NCBI GenBank assembly: GCA_965279375.1
Contig: OZ257156.1
Location: 4,288,001 to 4,352,000, forward strand
Length of the DNA: 64,000 bases
Source of the DNA: Gemmatimonas sp.
GTDB taxonomy: Bacteria; Gemmatimonadota; Gemmatimonadetes; Gemmatimonadales; Gemmatimonadaceae
Reading direction: 5' to 3'
Part shown: positions 1-9,699 of the stretch, piece by piece
Numbering within the stretch: position 1 is the first letter of the stretch
Layout: the number at the start of each line of letters is the position of its first letter
Program-made: the position numbers and the translations under genes
The notes under the pieces: model-generated
What the model saw: only the letters and a program-made list of their open reading frames with translations
Databases searched by the model: none
What the model was told of the DNA's origin: nothing

Positions 1-4
1 GAGC

Positions 5-358
5 ATGGGCGGCGGGACGGCGATGAATGTCAGCGGCGTGGCGGCATTCAAGAACACGGGGGCTGGACAACCGGTGGGCCTGAACGTGCGCGCCACGGTG
101 GCGTCGCCCGCCCTGCCGGTGATCGAGAGCCTCGCGGAGCGGATCGGTGATTGCGGCCGTGACGTAGGACAGCTGGTCGAGCGCTCCGCGCACATGCTGC
201 ATCGGCTGACCGGCAACGCCCCGATCTTGTACGACGAGAACGGCGGTGTTCCAGCGGAGCCCGGCAGTACGCTGGGGCAGCTCCACGCGCGCATCGAACG
301 GCTCGATCGAGAAATCACCGCCATGCGGCGACTCGTCGACGCGCTGGAGGTCCTGTGA
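5..358 (+). CDS. Phage hypothetical protein (C-terminal coiled coil; true start may be upstream of window)
   Basis: ORF with stop/start overlap to next gene. Confidence 0.6.
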   Translation: MGGGTAMNVSGVAAFKNTGAGQPVGLNVRATVASPALPVIESLAERIGDCGRDVGQLVERSAHMLHRLTGNAPILYDENGGVPAEPGSTLGQLHARIERLDREITAMRRLVDALEVL

Positions 359-564
359 GCCGCCGCGCCTACAAGGCCCGCCGGGCGCAGCGCGCGAACC
401 GGGTACGGGCGGAGGACGGGAACGGCATGGCGCATGGGCGCTGTGCCGTGTGCAACGACACGCGCCCCCTGGTCGCCACGACGGGGCTCTGCCGGCAGTG
501 CACCGCGGACGGGGAGGCGATGATGCAGCCGATCCGTGCGACGTCGATGGGACTGCGCGCATGA
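355..564 (+). CDS. Small CxxC...CxxC zinc-finger-like phage protein
   Basis: CAVC and CRQC; GTGA/ATGA coupling on both sides. Confidence 0.55.
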   Translation: MSRRAYKARRAQRANRVRAEDGNGMAHGRCAVCNDTRPLVATTGLCRQCTADGEAMMQPIRATSMGLRA

Positions 565-917
565 GTCACCACTCGCTGCGCGCACGCGCCGCCGCTTACG
601 AGATGCAGGTCTTGGCCAAGACCTTGGAGGCGGCACTCAACGGCGCGCCTGGCGAAGTCACCGGGCGCCCCAAGCGCGGCTTCACGCTGTTCGTCTTTCC
701 CTTCGACGATCCAAAGGCGGAGGCGCTCTACATCAGCAACGCGAATCGGCAGGAGCTGCTGATCTCGGTGCTGTCGTTCCTGCACACGCAGCCGAAGGAC
801 GCGATGGCCGCGGCGTTCGCGCGCTTCGAGCAGCTGATGGCGGAAGCGGTGATCGAGGAGCTCATCGCGCCGCCTGGCGAATCCCCGGAGCCCCCGCAGG
901 ACGGAGTGCCGGAGTGA
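561..917 (+). CDS. Phage hypothetical protein
   Basis: ATGA overlap at 561; GFTLFVFPF...YISNANR segment. Confidence 0.65.
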   Translation: MSHHSLRARAAAYEMQVLAKTLEAALNGAPGEVTGRPKRGFTLFVFPFDDPKAEALYISNANRQELLISVLSFLHTQPKDAMAAAFARFEQLMAEAVIEELIAPPGESPEPPQDGVPE

Positions 918-1546
918 TGGCTCGGCATTTCTCGTATCGCCGCGATGGAGCGAGTGCCTTCACGCCCGACGTGATCGCGAAGGTGCAGCGACACGCCGGC
1001 AAGGCGCGCGCCCGCAATGCCAGCGGCGCGGGGATCGAAGATCTGATCGAGCGGACACACGCCGTGTATGCGGCGCGTGGTCAGGCGCACCTGACGAAGC
1101 AGGAAGTCCCCACGATCGGGCCGCCGACGGCGCGCCGCGTCGTCGGCTATGCGATCGTCGACTACCTCGGCTTCGAGCAGGGCGGCCGCGGTCTCGCGCT
1201 GGATGTGAAGGGCGTGACCGGCCGGACCGCGCTCGAAGTCCCGACGATCCTGCCCATCGCGCACAAGCACCACAAGCAGTCGGTGCGCGATCATGAGCGC
1301 ATTCGCGAACAGGCCAAGTACCTGCTCACGGTGCGGCGCCTCAACGTCTCCGTCGCGTTCCTGTGCGTCGACAAGACGCGTGAGCGCGCGTGGATCATGA
1401 CCGATGTCGAGCGGGTGGCGCGAGGCGAGGACGTGCCGCTGCGCACGCGTGACACCGATCTCTGGCCGGCCGTGCCGTTCGCCTCGGTCGAGGCGATCGC
1501 GCGCGGCGAGCCGTTGATCGATTACCTCAGCGTGTGGGCCCGATGA
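917..1546 (+). CDS. RecU-like Holliday junction resolvase (PD-(D/E)xK nuclease)
   Basis: GAGIEDLIE...Y...G.AHLTKQEVPT...VDYLG...LALDVK...EQAKYL follows the RecU motif order. Confidence 0.65.
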   Translation: MARHFSYRRDGASAFTPDVIAKVQRHAGKARARNASGAGIEDLIERTHAVYAARGQAHLTKQEVPTIGPPTARRVVGYAIVDYLGFEQGGRGLALDVKGVTGRTALEVPTILPIAHKHHKQSVRDHERIREQAKYLLTVRRLNVSVAFLCVDKTRERAWIMTDVERVARGEDVPLRTRDTDLWPAVPFASVEAIARGEPLIDYLSVWAR

Positions 1547-1866
1547 GCACCCCCACACGTCCGCTGCCCGGTCGCGTCGTACGTCCGCGCAAGGCCGGCA
1601 CGCACTACGTCGTGCGCGATGCGCACGGCGATGCGCGGAACACCGGCCGCACCAAGAGCGAAGCGCTCGCCCCGCATGCCGGCCTGCTGCACAAGCGCGT
1701 CGTCTACGGCAGTGATCAACCGACCCCGCTGCGCAAAGGCCGTCTCTGGCTGTTCCTGTTTCGGCGTGGCTGGCGCTGCACGCTGGAACCACTCCCCCTC
1801 ACGCTGCAGCGCCCCACCACAGCGCTGGCAGCTCGTCACGCCGCCCCACGCCCGAGGACACGATGA
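1543..1866 (+). CDS. Phage hypothetical protein
   Basis: Translationally coupled ORF. Confidence 0.55.
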   Translation: MSTPTRPLPGRVVRPRKAGTHYVVRDAHGDARNTGRTKSEALAPHAGLLHKRVVYGSDQPTPLRKGRLWLFLFRRGWRCTLEPLPLTLQRPTTALAARHAAPRPRTR

Positions 1867-2465
1867 GCCCGACCACGGCGCCGCCGGATGAACCACCGGC
1901 CCTGCCCCATGAACGCCAGATCACGACGCTGCTGCGCAACGCCGATGAAGCAGCGTGGAAGATTCCGAGCGCCCTGACGGCACGGTTGCCGTTCGCGACG
2001 TTCGCGCTCGGCATCGATCGCGCGAGCCCAAAGGCACCGGCCACGCTGGTGCTGCAGACGACGCTCCCCTGCCCGCCCCCGACGACCGAGGAGTGCGCGC
2101 GCTACCGGCTCCTGCCCGGGATCCCGCGCTATGCCCTCACGGTGCCGGAGGATTGCTGGTCCGGCAGCATCACGGTGGCGCTGACGCAGGGGGTGACGTT
2201 GTCGCCTGACGACGCCCTTGCGTTGTTGGCTGGGGAGAACTTCACCGACCTGGCCACGAAGGCCCCGCCCAACGGACGGCCCTTCACCGTCACCTGGCTC
2301 ACGGCGCTCGCGAATCTCGCCACCGCCACGATGCACATGCATTGGCAGGGGCTCGCGCTGCGCTACGACCGGCACGCCGTGCATCGCGTCCGCGCGGCCG
2401 TGCGGGAGCACGCCCTGAGCCTGCACGGCGCATGGGGACAACCACTGACCGGAGAGGTCCGCTGA
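1863..2465 (+). CDS. Phage hypothetical protein
   Basis: Translationally coupled ORF. Confidence 0.6.
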   Translation: MSPTTAPPDEPPALPHERQITTLLRNADEAAWKIPSALTARLPFATFALGIDRASPKAPATLVLQTTLPCPPPTTEECARYRLLPGIPRYALTVPEDCWSGSITVALTQGVTLSPDDALALLAGENFTDLATKAPPNGRPFTVTWLTALANLATATMHMHWQGLALRYDRHAVHRVRAAVREHALSLHGAWGQPLTGEVR

Positions 2466-3643
2466 TGTCGACGAATACACTGCCGCCGTTTGTGCCGGAC
2501 GCCCTGGTGATCCGCACGACCGGTTCCGATGGCGCTGCCTATGGGGGCTTCCAATGGCCGCGCGAAGTGGGCGCGATCGTCACCGCACCAGACTGGGATC
2601 CGGCGCCGATCTGCGGACACGGCCTGCACGGCCTGCTCGATGGCGACGGTAACTGGTCGTACTTGAGCGACGCCTCGGACGCCTTGTGGTGGATCGTCGA
2701 AGTCGTGCGCGCCGAGTGCGTCGTGATCGATGGCGACAAGGTGAAGTTCCCGCGCTGCCGGGTGAAGAGCATCGGCCAGAGTGCGGCCGCGGTGCGGGAG
2801 ATCATGGCGGCACATCGAGCGCGCGTCGCCGAGATCATCGCGGAAGCGATGCAGTCTGCCACGGCAACGATCGCGACGGCCGACGAGACGTCGGCCGTGG
2901 GCCATGGCGTCCGCGGCCACGCGAGCAGCCATGGCGTCCGCGGCCACGCGAGCAGCCATGGCGACAGCGGCCACGCGAGCAGCCATGGCGTCCGCGGCCA
3001 CGCGAGCAGCCATGGCGACAGCGGCCACGCGAGCAGCCATGGCGACAGCGGCCACGCGAGCAGCCATGGCGACAGCGGCCACGCGAGCAGCCATGGCGAC
3101 AGCGGCCACGCGAGCAGCCATGGCGTCCGCGGCCACGCGAGCAGCCATGGATACCGCGGCCACGCGAGCAGCCATGGATACCGCGGCCACGCGAGCAGCC
3201 ATGGCGTCCGCGGCCACGCGAGCAGCCATGGCGACAGCGGCCACGCGAGCAGCCATGGCGTCCGCGGCCACGCGAGCAGCCATGGCGACAGCGGCCACGC
3301 GAGCAGCCATGGCGTCCGCGGCCACGCGAGCAGCCATGGCGACAGCGGCCACGCGAGCAGCCATGGCGACAGCGGCCACGCGAGCAGCCATGGCGACAGC
3401 GGCCACGCGAGCGTCGCGGGCAAGCAGAGCATCGCGGCGGCACTCGGACCCAACTCGCGTGCGAAAGCGGGTGCGGACGGATGGATCGTCTGCACCGCCT
3501 GGAACATCCCCGATCGCTGGGATCAGCGCACGTGGTCGATCGCGTGTGTGAAAGCGGCGAAGGTCGGCGGCCCGGAAGGCATCAAGCCCGACACTTGGTA
3601 CGCACTCTCGTTCGATGGCGTCTTCGAAGAGGTGGCGTCATGA
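2465..3643 (+). CDS. Phage repeat protein (DUF7666-like N-terminus, His-rich nonapeptide repeats, conserved C-terminus)
   Basis: GFQWP...CGHGLHG...KVKFPRC N-terminus; HGxxGHASS repeats; GIKPDTWY C-terminus. Confidence 0.75.
   Translation: MSTNTLPPFVPDALVIRTTGSDGAAYGGFQWPREVGAIVTAPDWDPAPICGHGLHGLLDGDGNWSYLSDASDALWWIVEVVRAECVVIDGDKVKFPRCRVKSIGQSAAAVREIMAAHRARVAEIIAEAMQSATATIATADETSAVGHGVRGHASSHGVRGHASSHGDSGHASSHGVRGHASSHGDSGHASSHGDSGHASSHGDSGHASSHGDSGHASSHGVRGHASSHGYRGHASSHGYRGHASSHGVRGHASSHGDSGHASSHGVRGHASSHGDSGHASSHGVRGHASSHGDSGHASSHGDSGHASSHGDSGHASVAGKQSIAAALGPNSRAKAGADGWIVCTAWNIPDRWDQRTWSIACVKAAKVGGPEGIKPDTWYALSFDGVFEEVAS
2903..3412 (+). repeat. Tandem 27-bp repeat, 19 units, three variants (HGVRGHASS/HGDSGHASS/HGYRGHASS)
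   Basis: Directly counted: CATGG-variable 7 nt-GGCCACGCGAGCAGC units. Confidence 0.97.
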
Positions 3644-4008
3644 TGCGCGACTACGTCACACGGATCTTCGTCTTCGGTTCGAATCTCGCCGGCCACCATG
3701 GGGGCGGATCGGCACGCGCCGCCATGGATGAACACGGCGCCGTGTGGGGCGTCGGTATCGGCCCCACAGGCAACGCGTACGCCATCCCGACGTGCGACGA
3801 GCGCATCGCGCCGCTCCCGATCGACGTGATCGCCGATCACGTGCGCACCTTCCTCGTGTACGCGGCGTCGCATCCGTTCGACGTCGTCGCGATCGGGACT
3901 GGCATCGCGGGATTCACGGCCGAGCAGATGGCCCCGTTGTTCGCTGGCGCCCCGGAGAACGTCGTGTTGCCGTCGGGTTGGCGCGAGATCGCGGGGCCAC
4001 CCCGATGA
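3640..4008 (+). CDS. A1S_2505-like phage protein (macrodomain-like)
   Basis: IFVFGSNLAGHHGGGSA...YAIPT...IGTGIAG motif. Confidence 0.75.
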   Translation: MMRDYVTRIFVFGSNLAGHHGGGSARAAMDEHGAVWGVGIGPTGNAYAIPTCDERIAPLPIDVIADHVRTFLVYAASHPFDVVAIGTGIAGFTAEQMAPLFAGAPENVVLPSGWREIAGPPR

Positions 4009-4187
4009 AGACCCTGGGCAACGTCTTCTTCGGCGCCTGGTTGCTGCTGACGGTGTCGATTCCCGTCGTGCTGTGCACGTGGCCGCGTGATCGCTTCATG
4101 CAGCGCCGACACGGCTGGTGGATCGCGTGGTTCGCCTTCCTGTTCGCCACGATGGCGATCACGCTGTACGCCAGGAAGTGGGCATGA
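4005..4187 (+). CDS. Small two-TM membrane protein
   Basis: Two hydrophobic segments; ATGA coupling both sides. Confidence 0.6.
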   Translation: MKTLGNVFFGAWLLLTVSIPVVLCTWPRDRFMQRRHGWWIAWFAFLFATMAITLYARKWA

Positions 4188-5941
4188 CGGCGGCGACGCT
4201 GCAGTTCTCCGACGACGTCGTGACCGCGTTGCTGCGTTCCCGCATGTTGGTGCAGGCCAACAGTGGCGGCGGCAAGTCGCACTTGTTGCGCACGCTGCTC
4301 GAGCAGACGCACGGGCACGTGCAGCACCTCGTGCTCGATCCGGAAGGCGAGTTCTCGACCCTGCGGAGCGCCTTCCCGTATGTGCTGGCGGGGAAGGACG
4401 GCGACGTGCCCGCGCATCCGAAGGTGGCGCGCGTGCTGTGCCGTCGCCTCGTCGAACTGGGCGCGTCCGCGATCGTGGATCTCTACGATCTGTCGATCAC
4501 GGAGCGTCGCGAGTTCGTGAAGCTGTTCCTGCTCGAGCTCATGGCGTTGCCGCGCGCGCTGTGGAAGCCGGTGCTCGTCGTGCTCGATGAAGCGCACGTC
4601 TTCTGTCCGGAGCGTGGCAGTGGCGAGGCCCAGAGCACCGAGGCGGTCGTCGCGCTGTGCACGCAGGGCCGGAAGCGTGGCTTCGCGGCTGTGCTGGCCA
4701 CCCAGCGGATCAGCAAGCTCCATAAGGACGCTGCGGCGGAGCTGCTCAACAAAGCGGTCGGGCGCACCGGCCTCGACGTCGACATGCGGCGCGCTGGAGA
4801 CGAGCTGGGTTTCGACAAGGAGCAGCGCAGTCATCTGCGCGAGCTCGCGCCAGGCGAATTCTTCGTGTACGGCCCGGCGCTGGGAGCGGCGGTGCGCAAA
4901 GTGCGGACGGCCGCAGTGCGTACTGTGCATCCGGACGCGGGGGGCGCGAGTGTCCGCACCCTGTATCCCGCGCAGGCGAACGTGCAGGCGATGATCACGC
5001 AGCTCGGCGATCTTCCGTCGGAAGCCGCGCGCGAGGCCGAGACGGTTGCGGAGCTGCAGCGCACCGTGGCAGGCCTCCGCACCGAGCTGCGGAGGGCGCA
5101 GCAGGGCAAGCCCGCCATGCGGGTCGATGTCGACGCCACGAAGACGGTCGAGTCGCTCGAGCGGCTGCGTCGCGACATCACGCACGTGGGCGAGGTGAAT
5201 CAGCGCCTACAGGCCGGGATGGCGTCATTCACCGAGCGGGTGCGGACGGTCGCGGCGCAACTCCGCAGCGCGGTGTCGTCCCTCGATGCTGTCGAGATGG
5301 AGGCCCAGCGTGCCGCCGAGGCCACGGCAGTACCGCCGGCGACGCCCGATGTCGTGCGCACGCGGACGAGCATCACGCCGAGCACGAGCCGTCGCGTCAC
5401 CGTTGATGGTCCGTCACTGCCCAGCGCGGACGCGCTCGGTCGTCCGATCTCCGGACCGCAGCAGCGGATGCTCAACGCGTTGCGCGAGTTCGAAGTGCTC
5501 GGCCTGCAGGCCCCGGCCTACAGCCACGTCGCGATCTGGTCGGGGCAGAGCCCCAAGTCCTCGGGCTTCGACAAGAACCTCAGCACCCTGAGTGCGCTCG
5601 GTCTCGTGGCCCGACAGTCTGGCAAGCGCCTCAGCCTCACGGCGGATGGCCGGGCCAGTGCGGCCACCGTCACGAAGCTCCGCACCCTCACCGACCTCCA
5701 CGACGCGTGGATCGGCTACGTGTCGGGCCCTCAGCAGCGGATGCTGCGCGCCCTGATCGACTGCTACCCGGACAGCCTGTCACGTGAGCAACTCGCGAGC
5801 GCGAGCGACCAAAGCGTGACCTCGTCCGGCTTCGACAAGAACTGTTCGACGCTGAGCGGCTTGGGCCTGCTGGCCCGACGGGCGGGCAAGCAACTCGCCG
5901 CCGGCGACCTTCTCTTCCCCGAGGGCATGATCCGTGAGTGA
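4184..5941 (+). CDS. HerA/FtsK-like (DUF87) ATPase with coiled coil and duplicated C-terminal winged-helix-like domains
   Basis: Walker A ANSGGGKS, DPEGEF, Walker B VVLDEAH, GRKRG, ATQR. Confidence 0.85.
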   Translation: MTAATLQFSDDVVTALLRSRMLVQANSGGGKSHLLRTLLEQTHGHVQHLVLDPEGEFSTLRSAFPYVLAGKDGDVPAHPKVARVLCRRLVELGASAIVDLYDLSITERREFVKLFLLELMALPRALWKPVLVVLDEAHVFCPERGSGEAQSTEAVVALCTQGRKRGFAAVLATQRISKLHKDAAAELLNKAVGRTGLDVDMRRAGDELGFDKEQRSHLRELAPGEFFVYGPALGAAVRKVRTAAVRTVHPDAGGASVRTLYPAQANVQAMITQLGDLPSEAAREAETVAELQRTVAGLRTELRRAQQGKPAMRVDVDATKTVESLERLRRDITHVGEVNQRLQAGMASFTERVRTVAAQLRSAVSSLDAVEMEAQRAAEATAVPPATPDVVRTRTSITPSTSRRVTVDGPSLPSADALGRPISGPQQRMLNALREFEVLGLQAPAYSHVAIWSGQSPKSSGFDKNLSTLSALGLVARQSGKRLSLTADGRASAATVTKLRTLTDLHDAWIGYVSGPQQRMLRALIDCYPDSLSREQLASASDQSVTSSGFDKNCSTLSGLGLLARRAGKQLAAGDLLFPEGMIRE

Positions 5942-6212
5942 CACCACCACGACCGCCGCGCCGACCACGGAGCCGCTGCGTCCGCCGTCGCAGGGCCCGG
6001 CACGCTATCTCGTCGTCGTCACCGAAGTCCGCGACATCGAGTACCACGAGCAGAACTACATCCCGAATGGCAAGGAGGGTGACCGCGTTGTCTACGGGCA
6101 CGTCACCACGTGCAAGCGCGACCGACAGTCCCGTGAGATCTTCAAGAGCGAGTTCACCAAGCGTCCCTCGATTGCCGCGCTCGCGACCCTGATCGAAGGC
6201 GGTGCGTCGTGA
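5934..6212 (+). CDS. Phage hypothetical protein
   Basis: Coupled ORF. Confidence 0.55.
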   Translation: MSDTTTTAAPTTEPLRPPSQGPARYLVVVTEVRDIEYHEQNYIPNGKEGDRVVYGHVTTCKRDRQSREIFKSEFTKRPSIAALATLIEGGAS

Positions 6213-6442
6213 GCGCGCTCCGGGCGATGCGGAAATACGCGCTCACGTTCTCGACGGATGGGCGCACCACAACCTACATCACGCCCGAACGCGTCCAGGC
6301 GGCGCTCGACCTGGGCGAACCGCCGATCGTCGTCGCGGTCGATGTGCTCGGGATCATCGCGAAGCAGGGCGACGTCGGCATCGAAGATCCGTCGCTCTGC
6401 GCGTTCACGGCGTGGCAGGCACTGAACGGAGGACGCGCATGA
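6209..6442 (+). CDS. Phage hypothetical protein
   Basis: Coupled ORF. Confidence 0.55.
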   Translation: MSALRAMRKYALTFSTDGRTTTYITPERVQAALDLGEPPIVVAVDVLGIIAKQGDVGIEDPSLCAFTAWQALNGGRA

Positions 6443-7026
6443 ACGACGGACTCCGCGTGACGCCCGCGGCGGTTCTGGCTGCGGCGAACGGCGACCTAGA
6501 GAACATGCTGGCCGCGATGACGCCGGGTGGCATTGAACGGCAGGAAGCGCAGGGGCAGGCGAAGTTCGTCGCGAGCGAGACGCTCCCGATTGAGTGCAAG
6601 AACGTCTCGCGTGACGCGATGATCGCGCTGGGCTTCGTGTTCGGCCCGCCGGTGGACGATCTGTTCGTGAGCTGCACGCTGCCGCCGGGCTGGACGAAGC
6701 GGGCGACGGAACACGCGATGTGGTCGGAGCTGCTCGACGCGCAGGGGCGCACGCGCGCCTCGATGTTCTACAAGGCCGCGTTCTACGACCGTGCCGCGTT
6801 CATGCGATTCGACAGCCGCTACCGCCTTGAGTCCTACGCCGAGGGCTCCACGGACGACATGCGGGCATGTCTCGTACGAGACGGCAACACCGTGCTCAAG
6901 CTGTTCGGCGAGCGCGCGTCTCGCGACTACGAGGTGGGCGAAAAGCTCGAGGCCGAAGGGTTGGCGTGGATCACGGAGCGCTTCCCAAACTGGCGCGACC
7001 CGCTGGCCTACTGGGAGGAGGCATGA
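6439..7026 (+). CDS. Phage hypothetical protein
   Basis: GGAGG RBS, ATGA overlap; GIERQEAQGQ...FYKAAFYDRAA. Confidence 0.7.
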   Translation: MNDGLRVTPAAVLAAANGDLENMLAAMTPGGIERQEAQGQAKFVASETLPIECKNVSRDAMIALGFVFGPPVDDLFVSCTLPPGWTKRATEHAMWSELLDAQGRTRASMFYKAAFYDRAAFMRFDSRYRLESYAEGSTDDMRACLVRDGNTVLKLFGERASRDYEVGEKLEAEGLAWITERFPNWRDPLAYWEEA

Positions 7027-7349
7027 GCGCGATCGTCAGTATGGCGGAGCGAGCGCCGATCACGCGCGACGAAATGCTCGCAGCATACGACAGGCTGCAA
7101 CGCATCAATGATGTCACGGTGTCCGACGACGAACTGAAGGACCTCGAGACAATCGTGCTCGCCTCCGAAGACTTGGGTGTGGTGAACATCACCTACTCAA
7201 TCGTGTCGAAGCGCGCCCAGAAGGCCGACCCTGATCTGCACTATGCCACGGATGTTCGGCACGTTTCGCGCTTTCAGGAGTCTGCCGGGCACATCGTCAT
7301 TCGGCTCGCGCGAGAGATCCGGAAGCTGCGCGCGGGTGGTGCGTCATGA
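7023..7349 (+). CDS. Phage hypothetical protein
   Basis: GGAGG RBS, coupled ORF. Confidence 0.6.
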   Translation: MSAIVSMAERAPITRDEMLAAYDRLQRINDVTVSDDELKDLETIVLASEDLGVVNITYSIVSKRAQKADPDLHYATDVRHVSRFQESAGHIVIRLAREIRKLRAGGAS

Positions 7350-8113
7350 GCGCCGTGACTGCAACCGACGCAGCCACCGAGGCGTTCGTGCTGGTCCGGT
7401 GTGCCGAGCACGCGCACGTGACGTCAGAGACTGCCGTGCGCGATCTCCAGCGGCAGCTTCCCGCGCAGCACCACGAAGACGCGCGGTCATCGAAGTGGCG
7501 TCGCGGTTACTCGGCTGGGTACCTCGCGCTGCAGGATGGTCTCGAGTCGCTCCTCAAGGACCTGCGCGACACGCAGCTGCGCTTGAGCCACAAAGAGAAG
7601 GCGGTGGAGAGCCTGCACGAGGTGGCGGAGGGTCTGCGCGCCGAACTCGCGGACGTGGATCGCACGCTCGGCAACGTCGCGGCCTTCGATGCCTGTACGA
7701 CGCGCGTGGAGAAAATCGCGCTGGCAATGGCGACGGCGAAGCGTGCCGACGAGGGGGAACATGCGAATGCGCTTCTCACCGCGGAGGTCGAGCGGCTGAC
7801 TAAGCGGTTCTCCGAAGTCACCGAAGCAAGTGCCACCGGTGCTGATACGATTCGAGAGCTGCGTCAGCAGGTCGAGACACTCACCCAGGAGCGCACGAAG
7901 GCGCGCGAGCAGCGCAACGACGCGCGAAAGCTCGTGGAGGAGCTGCAGGACAATCTGGCGGGACGCGTCCTGTCGCCGACGCAGCCGTTGACCTTGGCTA
8001 AGTGGATCGAGATGGGCACGAAGACGTTCGGTTGGCGCACAGAGATGCGTCAGGTGAACAGCTACACGCAATGCACGGTTCTTGTCTCGCCCCATGAGGT
8101 GCGCCCGTCATGA
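7346..8113 (+). CDS. Coiled-coil phage protein
   Basis: Heptad-rich ORF, coupled. Confidence 0.6.
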   Translation: MSAVTATDAATEAFVLVRCAEHAHVTSETAVRDLQRQLPAQHHEDARSSKWRRGYSAGYLALQDGLESLLKDLRDTQLRLSHKEKAVESLHEVAEGLRAELADVDRTLGNVAAFDACTTRVEKIALAMATAKRADEGEHANALLTAEVERLTKRFSEVTEASATGADTIRELRQQVETLTQERTKAREQRNDARKLVEELQDNLAGRVLSPTQPLTLAKWIEMGTKTFGWRTEMRQVNSYTQCTVLVSPHEVRPS

Positions 8114-8466
8114 TCGCACTCTCGATCCGGCAGCCGTGGGCGTGGCTCATCGTCAACGGTCACAAGGATATCGAAAACCGCTCGTGGTCGACGAAGGTAC
8201 GCGGCCGCGTGCTGATCCATGCTGGAAAGATGGTCGACACGGACGGGTACAACTTCGTGTGTCGGGAATTTCCACACATCGCCCTGCCGACGACATTCGA
8301 TGTCGGCGGAGTGGTCGGCGAGGCGCATATCACGGACTGCGTGCGAGAGAGCACCTCACCATGGTTCATTCGCGAGTACGGCTTCGTCTTGAAGGACGCC
8401 AAGCCGCTGCCCTTTTTCGGAATGCGCGGCCGGCTCGGCTTCTTCGTGCCTGAGGCGACGAAATGA
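8110..8466 (+). CDS. ASCH domain protein
   Basis: ALSIRQPWAWLIVNGHKDIENRSW...LIHAG signature. Confidence 0.92.
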   Translation: MIALSIRQPWAWLIVNGHKDIENRSWSTKVRGRVLIHAGKMVDTDGYNFVCREFPHIALPTTFDVGGVVGEAHITDCVRESTSPWFIREYGFVLKDAKPLPFFGMRGRLGFFVPEATK

Positions 8467-8729
8467 AGCCCGTGCACCCCGGCGCCGAGTTCGCCGAGCA
8501 CGTGGAGATCCATGGCGAAGAGCAGCTCGACTCATCGCCGCTGCCGGTCTTTCACGGGCTGATGGGCACGGAGCAGCGCGATGTCTACATCACCCGCTGG
8601 ACCTTCACCGCAGAGGAGCGGGCGCGCATCGCGGCCGGCGAAGATGTCGCGCTGCTGTCCTGGGACATGGTCCCGCGGCATTGCCTGAGCCTCTTCGTGG
8701 ACGCCATCGGTTCGCCGGAGCGTGGCTGA
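8463..8729 (+). CDS. Phage hypothetical protein
   Basis: Coupled ORF. Confidence 0.6.
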   Translation: MKPVHPGAEFAEHVEIHGEEQLDSSPLPVFHGLMGTEQRDVYITRWTFTAEERARIAAGEDVALLSWDMVPRHCLSLFVDAIGSPERG

Positions 8730-9178
8730 TGCGCACGCGCGACGTGAAGCTGTACTACTGCGACCACTGCAAGAAGAAGGGCATGGTTCGCTGGCGCATG
8801 GCTAAGCACGAACAAGGCTGCACGGCCAACCCGACGCGCGCCTGTGGCGTCTGCGGCACGGCGAGCACCGACGTCGCCGAAAACGTCGCCGTGTTGGCCG
8901 CTGCTGGCCTCGAGGCGCTGCGCATCGCGGTCGGGACGTGTCCCGCCTGTATGCTCGCCGCCGTCCGCAGCTACATGCGTGGGCACTACGAACGAGCGCT
9001 GGAGCGCGAACGCGCTGCGCCGCCGCGACCGATCGACGCACTCGACGTCTGGCACGACGATGCGCCAGCGGATCCGATCATGGAGGCGTGCACGAAGTGG
9101 GACTACAAAGCCGAACGCTCGGCCTACTGGCGCGAGCGCAACGAAGAGAGCGCTTTCGCTATGGGAGGGCTGTACTGA
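8729..9178 (+). CDS. Cys/His-rich zinc-binding phage protein
   Basis: YYCDHC...HEQGC...CGVC...CPAC. Confidence 0.65.
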   Translation: MRTRDVKLYYCDHCKKKGMVRWRMAKHEQGCTANPTRACGVCGTASTDVAENVAVLAAAGLEALRIAVGTCPACMLAAVRSYMRGHYERALERERAAPPRPIDALDVWHDDAPADPIMEACTKWDYKAERSAYWRERNEESAFAMGGLY

Positions 9179-9358
9179 ATGATCGCCGCACTGCAATTCT
9201 GGCTCGCCAAAATCCTCGTCGAGGTCGGCCTCTGGGTCGTGTTCGTCGGCGCTGTGGTGCTGGTGATCTTCGGACCAGTGGTGCTCGGCGCCCGTCGTGA
9301 TGCCAAAGAGCGTGCGGATCAGCTGCGCGCCAAGCGCGAGCAGGAGACCGCCTCGTGA
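9179..9358 (+). CDS. Small membrane protein (59 aa, not in ORF track)
   Basis: MIAALQFWLAKILVEVGLWVVFVGAVVLVIFG; GGAGG RBS; overlaps next start. Confidence 0.55.
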   Translation: MIAALQFWLAKILVEVGLWVVFVGAVVLVIFGPVVLGARRDAKERADQLRAKREQETAS

Positions 9359-9699
9359 GCACCTTCGAACAGGACGTCACCCAGGCGCTGCAGGCCTCGA
9401 TCCTCGCGACCGTCCGGAAGGCGGACTTCGTGCGGATCGACTACGAGCAGCGTCCCCGGATCGATGCCGCCCTCATGGCGGAGGCGTACCAGCGCGTCGA
9501 TCGCGCCCGAGTCCGCGAAGAGCTGACGCGAATCATCGAGACCCGGATGGCCGACGCGATCTGGAACGCGATGGCCAGCGAACTCGCCACCGACATGAAG
9601 AAGGTGCTGTCGGACAACGACATGCGGGCGGAGATCCGCGTCTATCTGCGTGAACGGATGCGCGGTCTGGCGGCAGCGCTGGCGGAGCCGATCGTATGA
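9355..9699 (+). CDS. Phage hypothetical protein
   Basis: Coupled ORF. Confidence 0.6.
   Translation: MSTFEQDVTQALQASILATVRKADFVRIDYEQRPRIDAALMAEAYQRVDRARVREELTRIIETRMADAIWNAMASELATDMKKVLSDNDMRAEIRVYLRERMRGLAAALAEPIV

Noticed and set aside
2903..3412. 27-bp repeat array as CRISPR or other guide array
   Set aside because: Units are contiguous and in-frame, the variable part is only ~7 nt with three recurring states, and no cas genes are present
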